A DNA stretch of 64,000 nucleotides from a virus: positions 4,847-68,846 of the IMG/VR virus record IMGVR_UViG_3300009873_000015; one strand, written 5' to 3'. Made by a program: the position numbers and the translations under genes. The notes below the pieces were generated by a model. That model saw nothing but the letters and a program-made list of their open reading frames with translations, was not told where the DNA came from and did no database searches. Of the stretch, positions 55,617-64,000 are shown piece by piece. Each line of letters begins with the position of its first letter. The first letter of the stretch is position 1.

Positions 55617-55687
55617 TGTCCTTTGGTGTAATGGTAGCACAACTGGTTTTGGTCCAGTTAGTTGAGGTTCGAATCCTTAAGGGACAA
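55617..55687 (+). tRNA. tRNA-Gln (TTG), the only plus-strand tRNA, isolated in the accessory region
   Basis: TGTCCTTTGGTGTAATGGTAGCACAACTGGTTTTGGTCCAGT...GAGGTTCGAATCCTTAAGGGACAA. Anticodon loop TTTTGGT. T-loop TTCGAAT. Confidence 0.65.
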
Positions 55688-55701
55688 CTAAACTATTTAA
55701 T

Positions 55702-55962
55702 ATGAAATCATTCATTCGTGCTGTATCTGCCTCCAATAAGGACCTTCAAGACCTGAAGGTTGAGGAGGTGATAGTAAAGCACACAGTAGATGAAAAGGAA
55801 AAGAAAGTAAGTATTAATATCACCTTTAAAGAAGGAGAAGCGAAGATTATGTATCTGGTAGAAGACTATAATGGTCTTTCTCTTATGAATACATCAGACC
55901 TTCAGCAAGCTCTTTCCAGATATGGTGCTATTACAGTTCCTATCCCCTTAATCACAGGCTGA
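55702..55962 (+). CDS. Hypothetical protein (86 aa)
   Basis: ORF. Confidence 0.4.
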   Translation: MKSFIRAVSASNKDLQDLKVEEVIVKHTVDEKEKKVSINITFKEGEAKIMYLVEDYNGLSLMNTSDLQQALSRYGAITVPIPLITG

Positions 55963-56084
55963 TGTGGTGGATAGTTCTGTTAATCATTGGTGTAATATGC
56001 TTCATAGATGCACGTCATACTAATAGCTACAGTGCGTTCTTATGTTGGTGCCTACTAATGGTCTGCTGTATAATTGCTTGTTAG

Positions 56085-56110
56085 GGACCGAAAGGTCCCT
56101 TTTATTCTTT
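56085..56110 (+). terminator. Intrinsic terminator
   Basis: Hairpin GGGACC-gaaa-GGTCCC followed by TTTTATT. Confidence 0.55.
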
Positions 56111-56127
56111 AATTAAACTATTGAAAG

Positions 56128-56520
56128 ATGGACAGATTACCTGATTTCTTCTGGGCTGATAGGCTGACACCTATCAATTTTTATGGGTATACGTCAGCCA
56201 CAAGGGATAGGTTCTATGAAGTTGACACTCACACAGAATCAGATGAAAAGAAGAGAGATATTGAACGTTTTAATGACTTTAAACGCAAATGTCTTGCAAT
56301 GTGTGTAGATATGCGTAGGGATGGAGATGAGCCATACTGGGTTAAAGATATGTGGGATAATAAGATTGTTATTGAGTGTAAAACAGAGGATGGTGGTACT
56401 CTCTTTGTTGGTTCTTATGATGGTAGATATACATTAGGGTTATCTATGTACAGCCGGGACAGAATGCAGCCACGACCCTACAAAGAAGTAGAACATCCCA
56501 AAGAGTTCAATGAGACATAA
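56128..56520 (+). CDS. Hypothetical protein (130 aa)
   Basis: ORF. Confidence 0.4.
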   Translation: MDRLPDFFWADRLTPINFYGYTSATRDRFYEVDTHTESDEKKRDIERFNDFKRKCLAMCVDMRRDGDEPYWVKDMWDNKIVIECKTEDGGTLFVGSYDGRYTLGLSMYSRDRMQPRPYKEVEHPKEFNET

Positions 56521-56550
56521 ATACGCTTTATTAATTCTAAACATACATGT

Positions 56551-57039
56551 ATGACAAAAAAGAAAACAGGAGACTATACCAAAACACAGGAAAGAGCTCT
56601 CCTTGCAATTCTCTATCAGAAGGGAAGGGGTCCTCACACCCAACAGATTTATGCATTGGCTGACAAATGGGGCCGTGGCCGTGGTGCCATTTGGCAGAAA
56701 TGGTATTCACTGCATGGTAAGGGTTCAGGTACCCCAAAAGCCAGACCTGCTGGTATTGACAAACGCAGGCAAAAAGACATACTGCCCATGACGTTTAAGG
56801 CCATTGAGTTTGATGACAACCGTCTGAGAGTGAACCCTGAAGAGGAGATGGCCATGCAAAAGGGACTGGAAGAGGCTATTATAGGCCCACTTTCCACACC
56901 CAAAAGGGCAATACTTTTCCCTACCCGACTGGTAAACAGGGCAAAGGAGTATCTGAAAAAGAAACATCCTCGCCATGTATTCTCATTTCATACCAACAAA
57001 AGCGACAGGCGTTATATGCTGTTAGCCAAGAAGGTATAA
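56551..57039 (+). CDS. Basic hypothetical protein (162 aa), possibly nucleic-acid binding
   Basis: K/R-rich. Terminator at 57073-57096. Confidence 0.4.
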   Translation: MTKKKTGDYTKTQERALLAILYQKGRGPHTQQIYALADKWGRGRGAIWQKWYSLHGKGSGTPKARPAGIDKRRQKDILPMTFKAIEFDDNRLRVNPEEEMAMQKGLEEAIIGPLSTPKRAILFPTRLVNRAKEYLKKKHPRHVFSFHTNKSDRRYMLLAKKV

Positions 57040-57072
57040 AAAGAAGAGAAAAAAGCTAAGCTCGCACGTAAG

Positions 57073-57096
57073 AGGACCTGAAAAGGTCCTTTTTTG
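57073..57096 (+). terminator. Intrinsic terminator
   Basis: Hairpin AGGACC-tgaaa-GGTCCT followed by TTTTTG. Confidence 0.55.
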
Positions 57097-57204
57097 AATT
57101 TTCATAGGATAAGGTTTAATGGCTGGTGCGAAAGCACCCCAAAAAGGCTCACTGTGTCTACAGAGGGCCTTTTTTGTTATATTTCCTAACTAAAATGTTT
57201 TTCT

Positions 57205-57600
57205 ATGTTTTTTGGATTATTCAAAAAGAAAGAGAAGGGAATCGAAGCCCGTATTGATTCGTCTTCTCAGCCATTCGTACTCAAAGAGAGAATGGAGCGA
57301 GCAGGTATGAGCCATGACCAAACAGTTCTGGCAGACATATACAATATACGGGTAAGAGAAGAAGGTGGTAAACCTGTCCTGTATTTTTGTAACATTAACC
57401 CTTTGGTCATTTGTACAGCTATTAGCCCGGGTGATGGGGAACCGATTCCTGAAGAATTGAAGCTGAACAAGGTACGGATACCTAAGAGTATGTTCAAAAA
57501 TGAGATGGACCGTTACATTAACATCAGAGGCGTGAAATTGTACTCCAATGGAACCATGCAAGTAATTGCAAATTCCAAAACCCAGTATGAAATGGCCTAA
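57205..57600 (+). CDS. Hypothetical protein (131 aa)
   Basis: ORF. Confidence 0.4.
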   Translation: MFFGLFKKKEKGIEARIDSSSQPFVLKERMERAGMSHDQTVLADIYNIRVREEGGKPVLYFCNINPLVICTAISPGDGEPIPEELKLNKVRIPKSMFKNEMDRYINIRGVKLYSNGTMQVIANSKTQYEMA

Positions 57601-58126
57601 GTGTAAGTCATTAGGAATCAGTGTGATAGCTGATTCCTTTTTGTTTAATCACTTTAAACATGAAACTGCCGATGAAAAAAGGATAAGGAAAAGGCTGCTG
57701 AGCCAGTCACCTCATAAAGAAATTTTACATGCGAAAACGACAAGCTGTAGAATGTGGATACGGAGCTGGTCTTTACTGGCTCCTTTTTTATCTAAATACA
57801 ATCATATGCAAGAAGGTTCTTTACTTATAATGGTTAAACCCTTTGGTGAAAGTACCATCAAAATATTGCAAACTAATGGGTTCACGAGGTGGCCAGTACC
57901 TGACCCTAATAACATACATATGGTCACAGCAATACAGGATGTCAGTCATACTACCACTAAGTTTAAGATTAGTATTCAAATAGACACATTTCCTGAGATT
58001 GCTAACAGTGGGTTCTGGTTTAATCCAGAGTGTTTCTGTGAGGTTGAACCTCCTTCAATAAACCTTGAGAAGCTCTTCGAAAAGGAGAAAAAGAAAAACC
58101 CAGATAAGGTTGCAGTACCAGTTTGA
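57566..58126 (+). CDS. Hypothetical protein (at most 186 aa)
   Basis: ORF. Confidence 0.35.
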   Translation: MQIPKPSMKWPKCKSLGISVIADSFLFNHFKHETADEKRIRKRLLSQSPHKEILHAKTTSCRMWIRSWSLLAPFLSKYNHMQEGSLLIMVKPFGESTIKILQTNGFTRWPVPDPNNIHMVTAIQDVSHTTTKFKISIQIDTFPEIANSGFWFNPECFCEVEPPSINLEKLFEKEKKKNPDKVAVPV

Positions 58127-58308
58127 AACGTTAGGATTATGTATACGCCTGTCGGGAGTGTGATGGACACTATTAACCTGACTCAGGCCAGTTTTCGTGT
58201 GCTATGAGAGTGAAGGATGACCTGTGAGGGACTATTATTGAGGAAGTAGTGTTAAAAGGCTACTTCCTTTTTGATTCTAAGTTGCATACACTTAGGGTTA
58301 ATAAAGAA

Positions 58309-58336
58309 GGGGGTTTCCGTAAGGAGCCCCCTTTTG
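58309..58336 (+). terminator. Intrinsic terminator
   Basis: Hairpin GGGGG...CCCCC followed by TTTTG. Confidence 0.5.
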
Positions 58337-58455
58337 TTAATCTCCAAACATGAATAGACGTATAAAAGCCCTTGGTCAACTGGCATTAGTCATAGGTATA
58401 ATCATACTTTTGTCACATGCCACTGTGTGGATACAAGGATGTAACTAAAAGTTGT

Positions 58456-58500
58456 GTTTGACCCCGCTGTCCGATATTGGATATGGGTCAAACCTTTTTA
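58456..58500 (+). terminator. Long hairpin terminator
   Basis: GTTTGACCC...GGGTCAAAC followed by CTTTTTA. Confidence 0.5.
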
Positions 58501-58795
58501 GTTTGTAATATATGAAACCGTATCCATATCTGGATAAGATACTTGAAGCATTAGGAAGAGTTGCCTTCATGCAGGTATTAAACCTCCCGGTCTGAATAAA
58601 GAAGGTGATACATTTCCCACTGTGGAGTTTGATATACAAAGGTTAAAGGGTCCAAAGCTCAAACCATTGAATGAAAAGAAGCTAAAAAAGAAACGCCATC
58701 ACCTACCTGAGTAACAATGAGACCACGATAATCTCCTCAATCCATATATCAGGGCTGTCTAAATGGCAGTCCTTTTTTAACTAAAACTTAATAGA

Positions 58796-59104
58796 ATGAA
58801 GAAAAAATTGTTTGTATGGTACTACCTACATAATGGTCATGTATGTGGTCTTACTGAGGATGGTATTATGATAGCTGTCATTACACATGGTATGGGTGAT
58901 TTCAGTGAGGAAGCATCCATCAAAATAAAGAAGGATTTTTTCCTTAATAATAGTATCATAACCATTGAATATGATGTTATTGACATTGACCAAAAATCAT
59001 TGAAAGAACACATGTACGATGGTGGCCCTCGTAGCCTGTTACGTGAGGATTTCCGGAATGCATGGGATAAGTATAAGGTTTTTGAAAATCCTACTGTAAA
59101 CTAA
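58796..59104 (+). CDS. Hypothetical protein (102 aa)
   Basis: ORF. Confidence 0.4.
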   Translation: MKKKLFVWYYLHNGHVCGLTEDGIMIAVITHGMGDFSEEASIKIKKDFFLNNSIITIEYDVIDIDQKSLKEHMYDGGPRSLLREDFRNAWDKYKVFENPTVN

Positions 59105-59302
59105 CTCACGGAGACATACGTCCGTGTAGGTCCGCATGCTGGAGGACGTGCAAAACGTCCATTAAAGGGTTGGCAGGGAATTAAATAAATGGGACGTAAA
59201 ATAACTCGTTGGCAATCAAACTGTTAGAAGCTGCTGAGAAACTGGGAAAGTTTACTGAAACTAACATAATAGAACTATTATATCACGCAAAAGAAATGTA
59301 TA

Positions 59303-59818
59303 ATGAAAGTAACCGGAACACAAATCCGCAACGAAATCAAACTGTTAACAACGGAGTTAAGCTCCATTAATAACAGTTTTGACGAATCCCTCACGTATTT
59401 TGAGGGTGAACCAAAGCCCAATCCTATAGCGATTGGTGCCCAGATTGTTAAACTTGAACGTACTCTGGGTATATGGCAGGCTGCACAGAAGGAGTACAAT
59501 GTGAATAACCCTATAACATTTGGAGGAAGGACCATCAGCTTACAGGAAGCTGTCTCCATAGTAGGAGGTTATGGAAGGGTGTCAAAGCTCTTTCGTACAG
59601 CCAGTGGTGCAGGTAAGAAAGACCCATATGGTCGTCGTCGTGGTTATACCCGAACTACCAGTGAGGTTAATTCCAAAGAATCTATAACTCGTGAGGAGGC
59701 AGTGGAAGAGTTCAAGAGGATTGAAAAACAGGCTGCTGAACTGCGTATGCAGATTGGTAAAGCTAATAATAATGAGGTGGAGATTGGATGGTTAGACTCA
59801 GCTCTGGCCTCCCTTTAA
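59303..59818 (+). CDS. Hypothetical protein (171 aa)
   Basis: ORF. Confidence 0.4.
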   Translation: MKVTGTQIRNEIKLLTTELSSINNSFDESLTYFEGEPKPNPIAIGAQIVKLERTLGIWQAAQKEYNVNNPITFGGRTISLQEAVSIVGGYGRVSKLFRTASGAGKKDPYGRRRGYTRTTSEVNSKESITREEAVEEFKRIEKQAAELRMQIGKANNNEVEIGWLDSALASL

Positions 59819-60015
59819 GACCTCGGGTAGGTAGTAGCCAAACAAGTTATGGTTAGGTTTCCTAACTGCAACGACCGAGCTCCGACATAGGATACTCAGA
59901 GTACGCTAATCTTGTATACTATAGTGCAACTCATGACATCAGGAAGGAGCCTATTGCGGGTCATCTTGTATACTCCATACTGATTACCTACCTAAAACTC
60001 TTGTGTTAGTAGCAA

Positions 60016-60046
60016 AGGACTATTCAGAAATGGGTAGTCCTTTTTA
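60016..60046 (+). terminator. Intrinsic terminator
   Basis: Hairpin AGGACTA...TAGTCCT followed by TTTTTAAAT. Confidence 0.5.
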
Positions 60047-60057
60047 AATTATAAGCT

Positions 60058-60432
60058 ATGATATTCGATTCTCTTAAAACCTATGTTAGTAAACAGCACC
60101 CATTAGGAACTGTCACATGGGATGACGTCAGAAAGCTCATAGAAGAATTCCAATCCAATATTCCGATGGTGAATGTCGTGTCAACTTCCATCGGACTTAC
60201 TGAAAGAGAGAAGGAATTTATTCAGTATGTAGCTAAGGAGATGGAAACCAAAGAGATAGCTGAGACTATCGGTAAATCTCATAGAACAGTTGAAGCTCTG
60301 AGGATAAACCTCCGCAAAAAGACAAGAACAAAGACCAATGTAGGTCTTATTCTATATGCCATAAAGGCAGGACTGCTAAGGGTTGGTGAAGCCAAACCTG
60401 AAGTAGTAGCAGATGAAAACAATATTTCATAA
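60058..60432 (+). CDS. LuxR/GerE-type HTH transcriptional regulator (124 aa)
   Basis: LTEREKEFIQYVAKEMETKEIAETIGKSHRTVEALRINLRKK...LILYAIKAGL matches the LuxR C-terminal HTH pattern. Confidence 0.55.
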   Translation: MIFDSLKTYVSKQHPLGTVTWDDVRKLIEEFQSNIPMVNVVSTSIGLTEREKEFIQYVAKEMETKEIAETIGKSHRTVEALRINLRKKTRTKTNVGLILYAIKAGLLRVGEAKPEVVADENNIS

Positions 60433-60893
60433 CCATCTAAACATTAAAACTATGGATACAAGTTAAAATTAGATGATATGAACAAACCGGAGCCCTTGTT
60501 GGTTCCACCCTGACGTACCGGGAGCTGTACGTGAGCACTTAATTGGGTCAAAACACTCCCCAAAGCATAAGTTTATATTTGGTAGTTTCATTATGCTTTT
60601 CGGAATCTCGATTGTCAAAGGAAGTCTTCTTATTGACTCTTTTGCAATACACTTTTTTGTTTAGGCTATTTACTTCATGGTGTTGGGGCTATTCCCATTG
60701 TAAAATCCATTGAAGAAACAACAAAAGGGGGTGTGCAATGAAACACAATGTCAAAAGAGAAAGGGAAACAATCATGCTAAGAGGTGTTGCTGCTGCCATA
60801 CAAGCAATGAGCAATCCCTCATAGGATGCCCTGCGTACTTTACTTTCGAGGTTTGGATGGAAACTTACCTATGATGACTCAAACAAACAAACA

Positions 60894-62042
60894 ATGAATC
60901 ATCAAATCACTAAGATGAAAATTATCGGACAGGGGGAATATTACGACGTAATCAGTCGTTATTTCCAAAGCAGCTTCCCTACAATAGCTGCAATCAAAGG
61001 AAAGGACATACTGGAAGTACTCACTCAAATTCTGGTTGGTTCCAAAGACCTGCGTTATGGCTCTATGCCATCTCCTGAAAACCTTGTGACCATACGGAAA
61101 ACAATCCTGAGGTCCGTGGAAATGGGACATTCTATACCGGTATTAGTACCGTGGGGTGGCAGGAAAATGAACAAACACCTGCATCTGGACGTTGCTGAGG
61201 TCTTTGGACTGAAGCAATTGCTCAGAGTGGATGAGTGCATCCGGAAGGTTTATGCACCCGGGCTTCAGATAAGGGTCCGTATTGAAGACATTAATGCTAA
61301 GTGGCTTTATAAAGAAGAAACTGGCATTGAAGAGTATTCAGATGGTATGCAATGTCTTATCAATATGCTCAAAGGTGACACCAAGATTATTGGTGTACGG
61401 GAGAGTGAAATGATGGACGAAGAACGCTACATGGAGCTTGCTACTGAGTATGCAGAATTACTCAATGCTATGATTACCATGCAGATAGCCTATCCGAAAC
61501 TGGAAACAGAAGACATTTCTGCGTATCAGGAACTGTTGAGCCGGGGTTGGAAAGGTACGATTCCCAAAGAACAACGGGAGTACTATATTGAAAGGTATAA
61601 GAAAATGTATCCCGGGCTGGAAGCACCTGAATATACTGCCAGACTTGCAGATTATTTTGCAGGTTCAAAGGTCAGGTATGACCTGAATGGCAGAGGTGAG
61701 CCAAAAACTGATGTGGGCTCATTTATTCAGATAAATTTTGCACATCAGGTTCCCGGTGCCCCGGAAGGCATCTTCAATAACACCCTGTACTACAGGACAA
61801 TACCGGGCAACATGAGTCGTACTCATATTGCTCCGTGGCGTTCTAAAGGGTACTTGCAAATGGTGGAAGAACAGGTTACACCAAAACTGGTGTTTCCCGG
61901 AACTGAAATCAGAGACCTTGAGACAAGCTATGTCACTCTTGTCAACGAAAATGATGAGGATGATAAAGTAATTGTCCGTGCGGATTATACGTATTCAATA
62001 AGCGTATTTTCTGCAATGGCTATGATGCCACCCATGATGTAA
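60894..62042 (+). CDS. Hypothetical protein (382 aa), the largest gene of the accessory region
   Basis: ORF; no motif recognised by eye. Confidence 0.45.
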   Translation: MNHQITKMKIIGQGEYYDVISRYFQSSFPTIAAIKGKDILEVLTQILVGSKDLRYGSMPSPENLVTIRKTILRSVEMGHSIPVLVPWGGRKMNKHLHLDVAEVFGLKQLLRVDECIRKVYAPGLQIRVRIEDINAKWLYKEETGIEEYSDGMQCLINMLKGDTKIIGVRESEMMDEERYMELATEYAELLNAMITMQIAYPKLETEDISAYQELLSRGWKGTIPKEQREYYIERYKKMYPGLEAPEYTARLADYFAGSKVRYDLNGRGEPKTDVGSFIQINFAHQVPGAPEGIFNNTLYYRTIPGNMSRTHIAPWRSKGYLQMVEEQVTPKLVFPGTEIRDLETSYVTLVNENDEDDKVIVRADYTYSISVFSAMAMMPPMM

Positions 62043-62045
62043 GTA

Positions 62046-62303
62046 GTGTTTAGATGGAGCCTTAGCATCTTTAGTGGTGCGGGCTTCATCTTTTTAATCT
62101 GTATGACCCTACGAGAATATAAAAAGCGATTGGACAAGCATGATTGGTATTATCCTATGAGTGATGACCCACGATGGTATGATGCTGGTCTTACAGAGGA
62201 GAATGAGTTGAGGAAACTTGCCCAAACCAAACCCTCTTTCGCAAAAGCATTTGAAGACAAGAGGGATAGCATATTCAAAAAGCTATCCGACGGAAAAAGG
62301 TAG
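62046..62303 (+). CDS. Small membrane protein (85 aa)
   Basis: N-terminal TM SLSIFSGAGFIFLICMTL. Confidence 0.35.
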   Translation: MFRWSLSIFSGAGFIFLICMTLREYKKRLDKHDWYYPMSDDPRWYDAGLTEENELRKLAQTKPSFAKAFEDKRDSIFKKLSDGKR

Positions 62304-62387
62304 GATTGCCCCTACATTTGTTAACTGCTATGCCCAATTTTATATTTGGCAATGGATATAAAAGAGGGCATAGTTTAAACAAACCTC

Positions 62388-62594
62388 ATGAAAAAATCAA
62401 AATCAGAACTATCACCAAATCCTTGGGATAAGGTAAAGGTGAAAAAAGGAAAGCTGACAGGTATGTTGACTGATGAACTGGCCAATAATACCATGCCTAA
62501 AACAGGAGGAGATGGAAACTCCACTAAACTCACTACCATAGGAAACTTGGGTGAACTAAAGGTATATAAGCGACCTCCATCAAAGTTTAAATGA
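62388..62594 (+). CDS. Small basic protein (68 aa)
   Basis: ORF. Confidence 0.35.
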   Translation: MKKSKSELSPNPWDKVKVKKGKLTGMLTDELANNTMPKTGGDGNSTKLTTIGNLGELKVYKRPPSKFK

Positions 62595-62748
62595 TAAAGG
62601 TAATTTTATATTGTCTGGGACTCATTATTGCGTTTGGTGGCATTCTTATTTCCATCATAGGTATGTTTCAAAATGCAGTGTACCTCCTATGGTTTCTGGC
62701 ATTCCATCTTTTGTTTAACCTATTTAATAAACTCTTAAAACCTTAAAA

Positions 62749-62988
62749 ATGAGGAACTTTGTAATATGTACTCTTCTCTTGTTTATTGTAGCATGTTCGT
62801 GTGTTACAGCAGGGGATAAGCAGTCCATCCAGTTTGTAGACGGAACTGTCAAAACCGTCTATGGTCTCACCAAAGATGGTGAGGTTATCAGTTATTATAA
62901 ATCAAAAGAAGATGCAAGTAGTGAACAAAATAAGGTCACTGTTCCACTGAGCTCTGTAAAACAAATTACGGACGTGAAAGATGAATAA
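62749..62988 (+). CDS. Putative lipoprotein or secreted protein (79 aa)
   Basis: Signal-like MRNFVICTLLLFIVACSCV with a lipobox-like VACS. Confidence 0.4.
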   Translation: MRNFVICTLLLFIVACSCVTAGDKQSIQFVDGTVKTVYGLTKDGEVISYYKSKEDASSEQNKVTVPLSSVKQITDVKDE

Positions 62989-63187
62989 GCTGATTACTAA
63001 GGTGGTAGCTCTTGTAATAGGAGCTGCCATCCTTATTACTGATGTTTGGTACTCATTTGACCTAATGAGTAGCAAAAGCAATACTTGGTGGTTTGGCATA
63101 GTACTCATTACATTGGGTGTGTGGCTATTCGCCCTGTACGTAAACTGGATTTTCAAACCTAAAAACAATAAAGATGAGTCCAACTGA
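62981..63187 (+). CDS. Small two-TM membrane protein (68 aa)
   Basis: Hydrophobic helices VVALVIGAAILIT and WWFGIVLITLGVWLFALYV. Confidence 0.4.
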   Translation: MNKLITKVVALVIGAAILITDVWYSFDLMSSKSNTWWFGIVLITLGVWLFALYVNWIFKPKNNKDESN

Positions 63188-64000
63188 CATTTACGAAGAC
63201 GACAGAAATTGGTGGCAAAAACCAAAAACATGGGTTTTCTCTGCCATAGTCGCAATTATCCTTATTTTGTTCTTCAGCTTTGTAGGCTGTGAACGAATTG
63301 ACGCAGGTCATGTGGGCCTGAAAGTCAATATGGCAGGTGGTGACAGGGGTATCTCCAAAACCAAGTATGTAACCGGATGGGTGTGGTATATCAAAACTGC
63401 ATCTAAGGTGTATGAGTTTCCTACGTTTCAACAACATAAGGAATATGACCCATTCACCGTACCCGCAAAGGGTGGTACCATATTTACTGTTCATCCCTCT
63501 TTTAACTACAACCTGAATGCATCTAATGTAGATAGCATGTTTGCTACATATCGAGTGCCTTTGAAACAACTGGAGGATGGGTATTTGAAAAATGCCTTAT
63601 TAGTCAGTTTAAGGGAAGCAACTAACACATTTAGTGTGGATAGTATGTTGAACAACTTGGCCATATATGATGCTGAAATCCTTACCCGATTGAATCACAA
63701 GTTGGCACCATTCTTTATGGTAAGTCAGTTTACCAGCGGACTGGAGCCAACAGATGAGGCCATTAAAAAGAGCATAAATGCTAAGGCATTAGCTATTCAG
63801 GAGGCACTGACAATTGAAAATCAGCAGATGAAAATCATCAAACAAGCTGAAAATGACGTTATTGCAGCTAAAAGAGACAGTACTGTAGCAGTTGTTAAGG
63901 CACAGGCAGAAGCCAAAAGTGTACAACTTATGCAGGAACAGCTCCAAAAGTCGCCTCAGTACATTGAACTGATAAAAGCCCAAAAGTGGGATGGAAAGTT
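63174..64000 (+). CDS. SPFH (band-7 / HflK/C / prohibitin-like) domain membrane protein, 3'-truncated by the window end
   Basis: ATG at 63174 followed by a TM (VFSAIVAIILILFFSFV). Then IDAGHVGLKVNMAGG... through ...AEAKSVQLMQEQLQKSPQYIELIKAQKWDGK with no stop before the window edge. Confidence 0.55.
   Translation, partial: MSPTDIYEDDRNWWQKPKTWVFSAIVAIILILFFSFVGCERIDAGHVGLKVNMAGGDRGISKTKYVTGWVWYIKTASKVYEFPTFQQHKEYDPFTVPAKGGTIFTVHPSFNYNLNASNVDSMFATYRVPLKQLEDGYLKNALLVSLREATNTFSVDSMLNNLAIYDAEILTRLNHKLAPFFMVSQFTSGLEPTDEAIKKSINAKALAIQEALTIENQQMKIIKQAENDVIAAKRDSTVAVVKAQAEAKSVQLMQEQLQKSPQYIELIKAQKWDGK

Noticed and set aside
57121-57180. Possible terminator after 56551-57039 at about 57150
   Set aside because: The terminator at 57073-57096 already closes that gene. 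The second T-run follows only a weak, mismatched hairpin.
63159-63569. Minus-strand 136-aa ORF at the window end
   Set aside because: It is antisense to the well-supported plus-strand SPFH gene that starts at 63174.
1-64000. Stop-codon recoding or suppressor tRNAs
   Set aside because: Long ORFs (up to 1542 aa) are uninterrupted in the standard code. None of the tRNAs found carries a CTA, TCA or TTA anticodon.
1-64000. CRISPR array, reverse transcriptase or retron, integrase or transposase
   Set aside because: No regularly spaced direct repeats were found. No YxDD reverse-transcriptase motif and no integrase-like R...HxxR...Y pattern was seen in any ORF.

Overview
This window reads as a segment of a large tailed dsDNA phage with an AT-rich genome. 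Two lines of evidence point to a Bacteroidetes host: minus-strand promoters of the Bacteroidetes -33 TTTG / -7 TAnnTTTG type, and a DUF1573-like protein. From roughly 0 to 50 kb almost everything is on the minus strand.

- Structural and morphogenesis module: a window-truncated ORF, a 730-aa protein, a protein with a C-terminal peptidase M15 domain, a 502-aa zinc-ribbon protein, a giant 1542-aa protein, about nine tail-fibre-like proteins, and a putative terminase, portal, scaffold and capsid block.
- A dense minus-strand array of about 32 tRNA genes (16.28-22.27 kb) is embedded in this region. Inserted in it are two HNH homing endonucleases, a PD-(D/E)XK-like ORF, an RNase-H-like ORF, and several promoter / leaderless mini-ORF / terminator cassettes. 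A GIY-YIG endonuclease, a metallophosphoesterase with an HTH domain and a third HNH endonuclease sit just upstream of the array.
- Between 44.6 and 50 kb lie a GT2 glycosyltransferase, a hexapeptide acyltransferase and an AlkB-like 2OG-Fe(II) oxygenase.
- At about 50.1 kb transcription switches strand, across direct repeats. From 50.2 to 64 kb there are about 25 small plus-strand genes, most followed by their own intrinsic terminator. These include a Cys/His peptidase-like protein, membrane and secreted proteins, a LuxR-type HTH protein, an isolated tRNA-Gln and a partial SPFH-domain gene at the window edge.

No CRISPR array, no reverse transcriptase and no evidence of stop-codon recoding were seen. 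Every coordinate of tRNAs, promoters and terminators was derived by hand and needs tool confirmation.
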